Assembly (NCBI GenBank): GCA_039934355.1
Contig: JBDTMI010000010.1
Span: 15,481 to 79,480, forward strand
Origin: Gemmatimonadales bacterium
GTDB taxonomy: Bacteria; Gemmatimonadota; Gemmatimonadetes; Gemmatimonadales; GWC2-71-9
Length of the DNA: 64,000 nucleotides
Direction of reading: 5' to 3'
Both the position numbers and the translations under genes were made by a program. This document shows positions 9,719 through 19,472 of the stretch, in pieces. The notes under the pieces are model-generated. The model ran no database searches and was not told where the DNA came from. It saw nothing but the letters and a program-made list of their open reading frames with translations. Each line of letters begins with the position of its first letter. The stretch's first letter is position 1.

Positions 9719-12238
9719 ATGGATCGGCCAGGACGCACTGCCCTGACCTCGCTCGCCATCGCAGTCCTCCTCGCTTGCGGCGCGCCCCCGACGCCGGCCA
9801 CCGGACCGTCCCCCGCGGCGGTCCCGGGCGCCACCTCGATGGGCGCGCCCGCCGGCACCTCCACCAACCCAGACTCCGCCAAGGCCAAGCCGAAGATCAA
9901 GGCGTTCAAGGATCTGATCACCGATCGGGCCAGGTCCGACTCCGGACTCTTCGTGGTCTACGTGCAGGGCGACTCGACCTTCTTCGAAATCCCCAATGCG
10001 CTGCTGGGCCGGGACATGCTGCTGGTCAGCCGGATTGCGCGGACCGCGACCAAGATCGGCTACGGTGGCGAGGAGACCAATGAGGGAGTGGTCCGCTGGG
10101 AGCGGCAGGGCGACAAGATCCTGCTCCGCACCGTCTCCTATCTCAATGTGGCCGACGATTCGCTGCCGATCGCCCGGGCGGTCGAGGCAGCGAACCTCAC
10201 GCCCATCATCGCCGCGCTCCCGATTGTCGCCTACAGCGGTGACTCGACGGCCACCCTGATCGACATCAGCAAGCTCTACACGGGCGACATTCCGCTGTTC
10301 GGCCTCGACCGCGGCCGGCGCGAGACGTACGTCGTCCGGCGTCTGGATGACAACCGCTCCTACCTGGCCGCGGCGCGCAGTTATCCGCGGAACATCGAGG
10401 TGCGCGCCGTCCTGACCTACGAGGCGGGCAAGCCGCCGTCGAATCAGGAGACTGGCACGATCACACTCGAAATGTCGCATTCGATGATCATCCTCCCCGA
10501 ACATCCGATGCAGGCACGCGTGTGGGATGAACGGGTGGGGTTTTTCCGGATCGACCAGACCGACTACGGCCGCAGCGAGCAACGCGCGGTGGATCGACGC
10601 TACATCACCCGCTGGCGGATGGAACCCAGGGATACCGCCGCCTTCCTCCGGGGCGAACTGACCGAGCCGGTCAAACCGATCGTCTACTACATCGATCCGG
10701 CGACCCCGCTCAAGTGGCGTCCCTACCTCAAGCAGGGCATCGAGGACTGGAACGCGGCCTTCGCCGAGGCGGGATTCAAGAACGCCATCATCGCAAAGGA
10801 CCCGCCGACGGCGGAGGAGGACCCCGAATTCAGCCCGGAGGATGTCCGCTATTCGGTGATCCGCTACTTCCCCTCGGACATCGAAAACGCCTACGGCCCG
10901 AGCGTCGTGGATCCGCGCAGCGGCGAGATTCTCGAATCGGACATCGGCTGGTATCACAACGTGATGAACCTGCTGCGGAACTGGTATCTCATTCAGACCG
11001 CGGCGGTGAATCCTGCGGCCCGCAGCGTCCAGTTTGCCGACAGCACCATGGGCGAGTTGATCCGCTTCGTATCGTCGCATGAGGTGGGTCACACGATCGG
11101 GTTGCCGCACAACATGAAGGCGTCGAGCGCCTATCCGGTCGACAGTCTGCGGAGCCCGAGCTTTACCAGACGGATGAATACGGCGCCATCCATCATGGAC
11201 TATGCCCGGTTCAACTACGTCGCCCAGCCCGGAGACGGCGACGTCTCACTGCATCCCGGCATCGGGATATACGATCACTGGGCGATTCGCTGGGGCTATC
11301 GGCCCATTCCCGCGGCCACCAGCGCCGACGGGGAAAAGCGGATGCTCGACGGCTGGATCCTCGAACACGCCGGCGACTCGCTCTACCGCTTCGGCGACCC
11401 CAGCCAGATCGACCCGACCAGTCAGACCGAGGATCTGGGTGACGATGGCGTAAAGGCCAGCACCTACGGCATCGCCAACCTCAAGCGGATTCTGCCCAAT
11501 CTGTCCACCTGGAGCTTCGAGCCGGGCGAGGACTACAGCCAGCTCAGTGAACTCTACAACCAGGTGATCGGGCAATGGGCCCGGTACATGGGCCATGTCA
11601 CCGCGATCGTGGGCGGGGTGGAGCAGACCCGAAAAGCGCAGGACCAGCCCGGCCCGGTCTACACGATTCTGCCCAGAGCTCGGCAGGTCCAGGCAGTCAA
11701 ATTCCTCGCCGCCCAGGCGTTTGCCACACCGACCTGGATGCTCAATCGGGAGATACTGTCGAGGATCGAACATGCCGGCGCGGTCGACCGGCTCCGCGGC
11801 CGGCAGGTGGGAGTGCTCAACAACCTGCTGGAGCCGCGCCGGATGCAGCGGCTCATTGAATCCGAAGCCGCCATCGGGAAGGATGCCTACACCCTCGCGG
11901 ATCTCTTTGCGGATGCACACGCCGCAGTGTGGAGTGAGCTGACCGAAGCAGGCCCGATCGATGAGTACCGGCGCAACCTGCAGCGCGGCTACCTTGAGCG
12001 GCTGACCTTTCTGATGACACAGGAACTGCCACCCATCCCGCCAGAGTTCGCCCGGTTCATCACAGTGACGAATGTCAACGTCGCCCAGTCGGATATTCGC
12101 GCCTTTGCGCGGGGTGACCTGGAGCGAATCAAGCGGGGCGCCGCGGCCGCCGCGGGCCGCACCCGCGACAGCGCGACCCGGCTGCACCTGCGTGATGTCG
12201 TAGCACGAGTGGAGAAGATATTGGACCCAAAGAACTGA
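9719..12238 (+). CDS. Large zinc-dependent metalloprotease (HExxH...; DUF4953/DUF5117-type), lipoprotein
   Basis: It has the lipobox VLLAC and the zincin motif SSHEVGHTIGLPHN. Length is about 840 aa. The ATG is at 9719. Confidence 0.8.
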   Translation: MDRPGRTALTSLAIAVLLACGAPPTPATGPSPAAVPGATSMGAPAGTSTNPDSAKAKPKIKAFKDLITDRARSDSGLFVVYVQGDSTFFEIPNALLGRDMLLVSRIARTATKIGYGGEETNEGVVRWERQGDKILLRTVSYLNVADDSLPIARAVEAANLTPIIAALPIVAYSGDSTATLIDISKLYTGDIPLFGLDRGRRETYVVRRLDDNRSYLAAARSYPRNIEVRAVLTYEAGKPPSNQETGTITLEMSHSMIILPEHPMQARVWDERVGFFRIDQTDYGRSEQRAVDRRYITRWRMEPRDTAAFLRGELTEPVKPIVYYIDPATPLKWRPYLKQGIEDWNAAFAEAGFKNAIIAKDPPTAEEDPEFSPEDVRYSVIRYFPSDIENAYGPSVVDPRSGEILESDIGWYHNVMNLLRNWYLIQTAAVNPAARSVQFADSTMGELIRFVSSHEVGHTIGLPHNMKASSAYPVDSLRSPSFTRRMNTAPSIMDYARFNYVAQPGDGDVSLHPGIGIYDHWAIRWGYRPIPAATSADGEKRMLDGWILEHAGDSLYRFGDPSQIDPTSQTEDLGDDGVKASTYGIANLKRILPNLSTWSFEPGEDYSQLSELYNQVIGQWARYMGHVTAIVGGVEQTRKAQDQPGPVYTILPRARQVQAVKFLAAQAFATPTWMLNREILSRIEHAGAVDRLRGRQVGVLNNLLEPRRMQRLIESEAAIGKDAYTLADLFADAHAAVWSELTEAGPIDEYRRNLQRGYLERLTFLMTQELPPIPPEFARFITVTNVNVAQSDIRAFARGDLERIKRGAAAAAGRTRDSATRLHLRDVVARVEKILDPKN

Positions 12239-12252
12239 GGACGCCCTGTCGA

Positions 12253-12546
12253 ATGCCCGGATCACTGGCGCTCACCTACCTGGCTCGCGGCGTCTGGATC
12301 TGGGCACTCATTCGCATCGTCGCCGCCGTCGGCGTGAGGATGATGCATACCATCGATTCCGGTGCCCGAAGCGGAACCATGGCGCCGCTGCTGGTCGCCT
12401 CGGCGCTGTGCGTCATCGACTTTCGCCGGCGCCGGGAATCCGTGCTCGTCGCCAATCTTGGCATCGCCCCGATGCTGGCGGTAGCGGTCAGCCTCATTCC
12501 CGTGTTTGTCGGCGAGGCGGTGGTGCGTGGGTTTGACCTCCCCTGA
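12253..12546 (+). CDS. Small hydrophobic membrane protein, function unknown
   Basis: 97-aa ORF with about three hydrophobic segments (VWIWALIRIVAAVGV, LLVASALCVIDF, IAPMLAVAVSLIPVFVG). It starts 14 nt after the protease stop and overlaps the ABC gene. Confidence 0.45.
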   Translation: MPGSLALTYLARGVWIWALIRIVAAVGVRMMHTIDSGARSGTMAPLLVASALCVIDFRRRRESVLVANLGIAPMLAVAVSLIPVFVGEAVVRGFDLP

Positions 12547-13240
12547 ATCCGATGTCCTGCTCGCCGACAGCGTCGGCATGCGCTTCGGCGCGAGGAAGAT
12601 CCTCACCTCGGCGACCCTGCGGGCCCGCGCGGGCGAGGTGAGGGTGCTGTTCGGCCGCAATGGCATTGGCAAGTCGACCCTGCTCCGGATCGCTGCCGGC
12701 CTGACATCGCCGGATACCGGTGTGGTCCACTTCCTCGGCCGGCCCCGCCTGCGGACCTCGCTCGCCTCGCTGGCACGGGAGGGATTGTTCTGGCTGCCGG
12801 ATCACGACCTCTTCTCCCATGCCTTCTCGCTGCGGACCCAGCTCGGCTTCTTTCGTTCCCAGTTTGCCGGTCAAGAGGTCGAGGAGGCGGCGGCGCTGTG
12901 CGGCATCACTTCCCTGCTCGACCAGCACCCCTCGGCGCTCTCCGGTGGCGAACTGCGCCGAGCCGAGCTGGCGGCAGTGTTCGTGCGGGCACCCGTCTGC
13001 CTGCTGGCGGACGAACCGCTGCGTGGAGGGTCGCCGGCCGACGCAGAGGGAATCGGCCAGCTGTTCCGCACCCTCGCAAACCGGGGAGCCGCCGTCGTTG
13101 TCAGCGGACATGAAGTGTCGCTGCTCAGCCTGATGGCGGATCAAGTCACCTGGTGCACGGCGGGCACGACATATGAATTGGGAATCCCGGCGGACGCGGC
13201 ACAGCATGAGCGGTTCCGGGCGGAGTATCTGGGAACCTGA
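12527..13240 (+). CDS. ABC ATP-binding protein, LptB-like
   Basis: It has Walker A GRNGIGKST, signature LSGGELRRAELA, Walker B LLADEP and a C-terminal ...RFRAEYLG resembling LptB ...VKRVYLG. The start (GTG 12527, TTG 12506 or TTG 12536) is uncertain. Confidence 0.7.
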   Translation: MGLTSPESDVLLADSVGMRFGARKILTSATLRARAGEVRVLFGRNGIGKSTLLRIAAGLTSPDTGVVHFLGRPRLRTSLASLAREGLFWLPDHDLFSHAFSLRTQLGFFRSQFAGQEVEEAAALCGITSLLDQHPSALSGGELRRAELAAVFVRAPVCLLADEPLRGGSPADAEGIGQLFRTLANRGAAVVVSGHEVSLLSLMADQVTWCTAGTTYELGIPADAAQHERFRAEYLGT

Positions 13241-13279
13241 ACCCTCAGTGCATCCCGAGTCCGGCACGACACCAGCGAC

Positions 13280-13312
13280 GACGGGCCCCGGAGCACAGCT
13301 CCGGGGCCCGTC
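13280..13312. terminator. Perfect 15-bp stem/3-nt loop hairpin between convergent genes
   Basis: The sequence is gacgggccccggagc-aca-gctccggggcccgtc. It sits between the ABC gene stop (13240, +) and the peroxidase stop (13358, -). There is no clear U-tract. Confidence 0.55.
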
Positions 13313-13357
13313 GCATTCGCCCGTCCAACGGCTACCGTCTCGCGCGCGACGCCTCCC

Positions 13358-14665
13358 CTACCGCGATGCGATCGTCCCCGACTGGGAGTAGCCGTCGCTC
13401 AGTGTCATGAGATACTGCACCACGGCATCTTCCTCATCCGGGGTCAGGCCCAGGTTGCCGAGTTCATCACGATTCACATTCTCTCGTACCTCGGGCGCCG
13501 GCCAGCAGTTCTTGCCCATCTGCGGATTGCGGACCACGGTGCAGCGCGGCAGCACGTCGCGTGTGTTATAGAAGTGCACCACCATCCGCAGCGACTTGAA
13601 GACTCCGTTGTGCATGAACGACTTGGCGCCGCCGGGGACACCGCGCTTATCGAGATTGCGCAGCGTGGGAACCTTCTCCTTGCCCCATTCCCCGGGCTCA
13701 CCACGGAAACCGCCGATGCCGAGATCGAGGAAGCCGGGATTATTGGCGTACTCCGGGTTCGCCGGGTTGGCAGGGACGCCGATGTTGTCGTAGGTGTAGT
13801 CGGTGAGGAGCGCACGCTCACCGGCGTTCGGATGGCACCCCGCGCAGCCGGCCTTGCCGACGAAGAGAGCGAAGCCCAGTGCTTCGCGCGGGGTGAACGT
13901 GGCCGCCCCACGCAACACGGCATCGTGCTTGGAGTCGAACTGATTCACCGCCGGCGACGCCTCGAAGACCGCGATCGACCGGGCAATCCGGTCGTACTCC
14001 TCGTCCACCTGGGCCCGCGCCGCCGGCGTGAGGGGCACGGTCACGTTCTCCTGCTCGCAGAGGGTATTGGTATTCGAGGGAAAAGAAATCCTGGTGATGG
14101 TCGGGCCATAGGCCGCGATGTACAGGTTGGTGTACGCACCTTTCGCGATGCGGTATACCACGCAGGCCCGATCCGGCAATGCCTGCTCGACCGCGTTCAA
14201 AAACGGCGCCTGGGATTGCTCCGCGGCCGGGCTGCCGAGTCGCTCACCGGTGGCCCGTCCATCCCAGAAATTCCCGCCGACGTAGGTGCCGTCGACATCG
14301 TCAAAGAAGAGCACCGGGCTCTGGGTCGCGTAGGCCGCGCTGGGCGGCTTCCGCGTCCCGAAACGCGAGTGCACCGAACCGGGCATCACCGAACCGCCAC
14401 CGTTGACGGCAACGTCAGGGGCGCTGAACCCCCACGCTTCGTCGTGGCAGGAGGCGCAGGACTGATTGCGCAACAGCGAGAGGTTCTGGTCATTGAAGAT
14501 CGCCTGTCCCAACCGGGACACATCGCCCCGCCGGCTGACCGATACCACCGGCGCGGAGGCGGTCCTGCTCCTGCTGGCAGGCGAAATCGGTGAATCGGCA
14601 CAGGCGGAAAGGACGAGACAGAACAACACACCCTGCGGCAGGAAGCGGGCGACCTGGGTACGCAT
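13358..14665 (-). CDS. Di-haem cytochrome c peroxidase (CCP/MauG family), lipoprotein
   Basis: Two CxxCH motifs are present (CASCH, CAGCH). The lipobox is LVLSAC. I prefer the ATG at 14665 with a GGAG RBS over the TTG at 14689. Confidence 0.85.
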   Translation of the reverse strand: MRTQVARFLPQGVLFCLVLSACADSPISPASRSRTASAPVVSVSRRGDVSRLGQAIFNDQNLSLLRNQSCASCHDEAWGFSAPDVAVNGGGSVMPGSVHSRFGTRKPPSAAYATQSPVLFFDDVDGTYVGGNFWDGRATGERLGSPAAEQSQAPFLNAVEQALPDRACVVYRIAKGAYTNLYIAAYGPTITRISFPSNTNTLCEQENVTVPLTPAARAQVDEEYDRIARSIAVFEASPAVNQFDSKHDAVLRGAATFTPREALGFALFVGKAGCAGCHPNAGERALLTDYTYDNIGVPANPANPEYANNPGFLDLGIGGFRGEPGEWGKEKVPTLRNLDKRGVPGGAKSFMHNGVFKSLRMVVHFYNTRDVLPRCTVVRNPQMGKNCWPAPEVRENVNRDELGNLGLTPDEEDAVVQYLMTLSDGYSQSGTIASR

Positions 14666-15020
14666 GAACGGCTCCGGTGAGAGTCTCAAGCGGTGGGCTG
14701 GGGGGGCGGAAGCCCCGATGTCAGGAAAGGCCGGACGATGTGCCTGCAGCTGCCGTATGGTCGGAGCTGCTTGCTTTCATGAATTAGCAAACCGTGCGCC
14801 GCCACTGCGACCGACCGATTTACCTTGCGCATACCACTCAGGTTAATCACCATAAACAATTTAACAACAATGACTTATAGAGTTGTATCGATTCGATACC
14901 CCTCGAAATCCACCGACACTTCGTGCCCAAATACAAATCCGCGCTATTCATGAATTGTTGGGTGTTTGAGTCGAGAAATGTTGCATTTGAGCAACAGTTA
15001 CGAGTTATTCGAAAGTGCTG
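14666..15020. promoter_or_regulatory. Unusually long intergenic region, partly AT-rich, upstream of the peroxidase gene
   Basis: It contains runs such as cataaacaatttaacaacaatgacttatagagttgtatcgattcgata in an otherwise GC-rich window. Palindromes lie at 14776-14785, 14885-14899 and 14947-14956. Confidence 0.4.
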
Positions 15021-15476
15021 TTACTCTGGGTCAAGGAAGGGATCTGCTTCAGGCAGCGGATCGATCACGGCCCGGATACTCGCCTCCCAGCCCGCGGCAT
15101 CCTCTGCCGGACGGAACGACCAGGAGACCTTCGCCTGCCCGGTCCCCGCGCCGATGATCACCCGATCCCCACGGCGACGCACCTCCATGACCTGCGTGCT
15201 GTCCGTAGTGAGGTCGAGCGCGGCCTTGCCGCTCCGGTGGATGAAGACACTCCGCCTCGTGACGATGATTGAAGCGTCCCGTTCCTCCCAGCGCATCATC
15301 TGGGTGGCGCGGGAGTAGTAGGTGTAGCGGAAAACCTGGTTCTCGGCCTGGCGTACGATGTGCTCCGCCGCGAAGCGCCGCACGAGGGCGCGCGGGAGTG
15401 AGCCGGTACCAAAACAAGGCCCGACGATCAGCGCGAGGAGCGCGAGCAGCACCGTCGGCATGAGAAGTTTGCGCAC
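15021..15476 (-). CDS. Exported hypothetical protein
   Basis: 151-aa ORF with signal-like MRKLLMPTVLLALLALIVGPCFG. It lies 14 nt downstream of the antiporter gene on the same strand. I recognise no motif. Confidence 0.5.
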   Translation of the reverse strand: MRKLLMPTVLLALLALIVGPCFGTGSLPRALVRRFAAEHIVRQAENQVFRYTYYSRATQMMRWEERDASIIVTRRSVFIHRSGKAALDLTTDSTQVMEVRRRGDRVIIGAGTGQAKVSWSFRPAEDAAGWEASIRAVIDPLPEADPFLDPE

Positions 15477-15490
15477 AACGCTCCTTCCAT

Positions 15491-17539
15491 TTAAGAGTCC
15501 ATTGGCGCCGTCAGAATCGTCGCAGCCACACGGATCGCGTCGTGACTGCCTGTGAGGGCGATCAGATCTCCGGCCTCGATCCGTTCACCTGCCTCCGGAA
15601 AGGCGATACGGTGATCCCCGCGGGCGAGCGCGATCACGGTCGCCCCGCTGCGACCGCGCAGGTTCAATTCGCCCAGGGTCCGACCGGCGCCTTCGCTCTC
15701 GGCCGTGACCCGAACCGGCGCGAAGTCGCCCAGTCCAGGCAGCATCTGGCGAAGCGGATCCACTTCGATGTGCTCGGCCTGAATCTGTTTGGCCAGCGCG
15801 GCAACGACCAGTTCCGCGCCAGCCTGGAAGTGGCCGAACAGGTCGGCGGCTCGGCGCCAGAAGATGACACCCGTCAGCAGGAGCACCAGCGCCAGAATGA
15901 TCAGGCCGCTGAGCGGGGGCAGGAAGGGCCACGTCACCAGGAGGAGCGGCCCGCCGGTCGCCAGTACCCCCGCCACCTGGATCGCAACGCTGATCATTCG
16001 GCGTGGCGCCCGGCCGTTATCGACCCGCCCCGGCGCGGGCAGGGGAATCGCGACCGCGCCGAGGTCATCGCCCAACGCTCCGGTCACCCGGAGCATGCCG
16101 AGCATGAATGGACTGACTGCGGCCAGCGTGAGGAGGGCGAGCGCCCAGGAGGCGACGTCGAGACCCAGCCCCGACCGAGTCAGCTCATCGACCAGCCCGG
16201 ACCGCAGGGCGGACCCGGCCACGATGAGGCCGGCGATCGCCAGCGCATCGAGGAGGAGCCACCACCCGGCGCGGCGGACACGAGCCCACGGCCGGGCCTG
16301 GTCCGTTTTCTCCCCGAGCGCTTCGACCCAGGCGCCGTACAGTGACGCGACCATCTGCACCCGATGAGGCAGTCGACGATCCACCCAACGCGCCACCGGG
16401 TCTGCGACACGCGCCATCCAGGGCGCGAGGCAAGCGGTCAACACCGAGACGGCGACAGCGACCGCCACAAATGCGGTGGGAACCGCGCCCAGCATGACTC
16501 CCACGCCGGCCAGGATGAACGAGAATTCGCCGATCTGGGACAGCCGCAAGCCGGCCCGGATCGCGGTGGGCAGGCCGCGGCCGGACAGGAAGACGCCAAC
16601 GGATACCGCCACCGGCTTGCCGATCAGCACGACGCCGGCGAGTCCGGCAGCGAGTGGCCACTCGGTGGCGAGCACCCGGATGTCGAGCTGCATCCCGGTT
16701 GCCACGAAGAAAATGGCCGCAAAGACATCGCGGAGCGGAACGAGCGAGTGTTCCACCACGCGCCCCTCGCCCGATTCCGCGACCAGGAGGCCCGCGACGA
16801 AGGCGCCGAGGGCGACGGAGAAACCGGCGGTTCCGGCGAGGTAGGAGAGCCCGAACGCAAATCCGACCATGCTGACCAGCATCGTCTCCCGGTTGCCGAG
16901 CCCGATCACCCAGCGCGCCGCACGGGGGACCAGCGCCAGCCCGATCACCAGCGTCAGTGCGAGCAGGCCCAGCAGGCGTCCGATCACGGTGGCGAGCGCA
17001 GCGCCGGAGAGACCCTCGCCGGAGGCGGCCGCGGTGAGCAACGCGATGATCACCATCGCGGCGAGATCCTCGAACAGCATCAGGCTGAACAGGCTCTCCT
17101 TGAGTTCCCGCTCCACCGGGTGCTCCTCCAGCGCCTTGGCGAGGATCATGGTGCTCGCCACCGCGACCGTGCCCGCGACGAAGAGGCTGGCCAGCGTCGA
17201 CCAGCCGAAGGCGCGCCCCACCCCAAAACCGAGCATCAGCATCAGCCCGATTTCCACCACCGCCGCGAGCCCGGCAGCGGGGCCAGTCCGCGCCAGCCGG
17301 CCGAGCCGGAACTCGAGACCAATGCTGAACATCAGCAGCGTGACGCCGAGCTCGGAGAGCAGATGGATGCTGTGCTCATCGCTCAACCATGTCGGCGTGA
17401 AGCTCGGTCCCACCAGCACACCCGCTACGAGGTACCCTGCCACCACCGGCCAGCGGAGCCGATGAAACAGCAGCGTCGTCGCCCCCGCCGTGACCAGGAC
17501 GATGGCGAGATCGCGGAGGAAGTGTTCGGGAGTGCCCAA
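15491..17539 (-). CDS. CPA2-type cation:proton antiporter (Kef-like) with C-terminal TrkA-C (RCK_C) domain
   Basis: 682 aa, with about 12 hydrophobic helices. The C-terminal ...GRTLGELNLRGRSGATVIALARGDHRIAFPEAGERIEAGDLIAL matches the TrkA_C pattern. Confidence 0.85.
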   Translation of the reverse strand: MGTPEHFLRDLAIVLVTAGATTLLFHRLRWPVVAGYLVAGVLVGPSFTPTWLSDEHSIHLLSELGVTLLMFSIGLEFRLGRLARTGPAAGLAAVVEIGLMLMLGFGVGRAFGWSTLASLFVAGTVAVASTMILAKALEEHPVERELKESLFSLMLFEDLAAMVIIALLTAAASGEGLSGAALATVIGRLLGLLALTLVIGLALVPRAARWVIGLGNRETMLVSMVGFAFGLSYLAGTAGFSVALGAFVAGLLVAESGEGRVVEHSLVPLRDVFAAIFFVATGMQLDIRVLATEWPLAAGLAGVVLIGKPVAVSVGVFLSGRGLPTAIRAGLRLSQIGEFSFILAGVGVMLGAVPTAFVAVAVAVSVLTACLAPWMARVADPVARWVDRRLPHRVQMVASLYGAWVEALGEKTDQARPWARVRRAGWWLLLDALAIAGLIVAGSALRSGLVDELTRSGLGLDVASWALALLTLAAVSPFMLGMLRVTGALGDDLGAVAIPLPAPGRVDNGRAPRRMISVAIQVAGVLATGGPLLLVTWPFLPPLSGLIILALVLLLTGVIFWRRAADLFGHFQAGAELVVAALAKQIQAEHIEVDPLRQMLPGLGDFAPVRVTAESEGAGRTLGELNLRGRSGATVIALARGDHRIAFPEAGERIEAGDLIALTGSHDAIRVAATILTAPMDS

Positions 17540-17598
17540 AGTGAGGCCGAGTGAAATCGGTGTGAAGAAACAGGAGAACGGAGAAAGGCGGCTGTTCT

Positions 17599-18051
17599 CT
17601 ATCTCCGCGCGACGAGAGCCCGCACTTTTCGCACGACCCGCTGCTGGGCCCGGCCGTGTTTCACTGCGACGAAGATGGTGTCATCTCCCGCAATGGTACC
17701 AGCGACGTCAGGCCAGGCGAGTCGGTCGAGGGCGACCGCGACCCGATTCGCTTCTCCCGCCGATGTGTGCAGAACAATGAGCGCGTCGCCGGCAATATCC
17801 ACGGTCAGCACGCCATCGGCGATCCGGTGTTCATCGGGATGTTCGGGCGCCGCGGCAACACGGGTAGCGCGCTGGTAGGCGCCTTCGACCTTGACGAGCT
17901 TGAGACTGGTAATGTCGCGACTGACGGAGCTCTGGGTCACCGCCCACCCCTCGGCACCGAGCGCGTCGGCCAGATCTTCCTGGGTCCGAATGGGGCGGGT
18001 GCTGATCAACTCGAGAATCTTGAGCTGACGCTTCCGCCGATCCCCGCTCAT
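17599..18051 (-). CDS. argR: Arginine repressor ArgR
   Basis: RQLKILELISTRPIRTQEDLADALGAEGWAVTQSSVSRDITSLKLVK is the winged-helix domain. GTIAGDDTIFV is the arginine-binding motif. An ATGA overlap joins it to argH. Confidence 0.85.
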   Translation of the reverse strand: MSGDRRKRQLKILELISTRPIRTQEDLADALGAEGWAVTQSSVSRDITSLKLVKVEGAYQRATRVAAAPEHPDEHRIADGVLTVDIAGDALIVLHTSAGEANRVAVALDRLAWPDVAGTIAGDDTIFVAVKHGRAQQRVVRKVRALVARR

Positions 18052-19472
18052 GCGCGGGAACGCGCTCCGCCCCGACCCGCGAGCCCTTCCATCGCGGCAT
18101 CAAAGCGGCGTTGCTCCCGGCGGGCCCAGGCACGAGAGAGGCGCAGCCGCGCCCGCACCAGCGGGAGTCCGAGATTTCCCAGGCCGCCGCTGCTCTTGCG
18201 TCGGCTGATGATCTCCTCGGTGGACGGATCGCGGGACCAGTCGCCTTCCTTGATCGCTGCGGCGACTTCCCGATAGGCGGAGCGGAAGGCACTCCCTCGC
18301 TCCACCCGGCGCATCACCTCGTCGGTGGCCAGTGGACCGCCGGACAGCATCGTCCGGCCGATCGCCGGCTCCACGCCGAGGCGCGGCACGGCGACGGCCA
18401 GCATCGAGAGCATCCCCTCCAGCCGGTCGACACCCCGCATCAGCGGTTCCTTCAACAGCTGGAAGTCGCGATGATACCCGCTGGCGAGCTTGCTCTTGAT
18501 CTGCAGCACGGTGAAGAGATCTCCTTCGAGCGCAGCGGCCCGGCTGCGGGTCAGCTCGAAGAGATCGGGATTCCGCTTGTGCGGCATGATGCTCGACCCG
18601 GTCGCGAGATCGGCGGGCAGCACCAGGAACCCGCACTCGTCCGAGCTGAAATGGATGACGTCGCTCGACAGCTTGCTCAGTTCGTGGCCCAACTGGCTGC
18701 ACCAGAAGAGCACCATCGCCTCCAGCTTGCCCCGGCCGTTTTGCACCAGCGCGACATTGTGCTCAATCTCGCGGAACCCGAGGGCGCGCGCGGCTACCTC
18801 GCGCTTGATCGGCAGCGGGACACCGTACCCGGCGGCACTCCCCAGCGGCGACCGGTCCACCTTGGCCCAGAGTGCGGGCAGGCATTCGACCGTATCCAGG
18901 AGGCCTTCGGCAAAGGCGGCGGCCCAGAGGCCGGCGGACGATGGCATGGCCCGGCGGGTATGGGTATACCCGGGCCACACGACGCGCTGGTGCTTGTGGG
19001 CAAAGTTGACCAACCCCTCCACCAGATCCAACGCCTCATCCTGGAGCAGCAGCAGGCGGTTCTTGAGATAGAGCCGCAGGTCGAGCGCAATCTGGTCGTT
19101 GCGTGAGCGACCGGTATGCAGGCGCTCACCCACCGGCCCGACCTGCCGGACCAGCCAGTCCTCGACCGCGGTGTGCACATCCTCGTGCTCAGGACCCAGT
19201 CCGAGACGACCCTCATCGACCTCGCGAAGCGCCTGTCGCAGGCCGGTACGCAGCTTGAGATACTCCGCCTCCTTCAGGAGCCGGGAGGCACGCAGTCCCT
19301 CGATGTGTCCCAGGCTCCCCATGATGTCCCACGCAAGCAACCGCGCATCCCACAGCCGGTCTTCGGTGGCGGTGTAGTCCAGCATCTGTCGATCGAGCGC
19401 GTGACTGGACACCCAGAGCGTGGTTGGTGTCGCGGGCGCGGCAACTTCCCGTTTCGGCGGCTTCGGCGTCAT
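18048..19472 (-). CDS. argH: Argininosuccinate lyase
   Basis: It has the fumarate-lyase signature GSSIMPHKRNP, plus RLHTGRSRNDQ and the TH..RAMPS loop. At 474 aa it has no fused GNAT domain. Confidence 0.9.
   Translation of the reverse strand: MTPKPPKREVAAPATPTTLWVSSHALDRQMLDYTATEDRLWDARLLAWDIMGSLGHIEGLRASRLLKEAEYLKLRTGLRQALREVDEGRLGLGPEHEDVHTAVEDWLVRQVGPVGERLHTGRSRNDQIALDLRLYLKNRLLLLQDEALDLVEGLVNFAHKHQRVVWPGYTHTRRAMPSSAGLWAAAFAEGLLDTVECLPALWAKVDRSPLGSAAGYGVPLPIKREVAARALGFREIEHNVALVQNGRGKLEAMVLFWCSQLGHELSKLSSDVIHFSSDECGFLVLPADLATGSSIMPHKRNPDLFELTRSRAAALEGDLFTVLQIKSKLASGYHRDFQLLKEPLMRGVDRLEGMLSMLAVAVPRLGVEPAIGRTMLSGGPLATDEVMRRVERGSAFRSAYREVAAAIKEGDWSRDPSTEEIISRRKSSGGLGNLGLPLVRARLRLSRAWARREQRRFDAAMEGLAGRGGARSRA

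Noticed and set aside
17574-17599. Weak hairpin gagaac-N14-gttctc followed by a T-rich run after argR, as a possible terminator
   Set aside because: It has only a 6-bp stem with a 14-nt loop and overlaps the stop codon. That is too weak to call without experimental 3'-end data.
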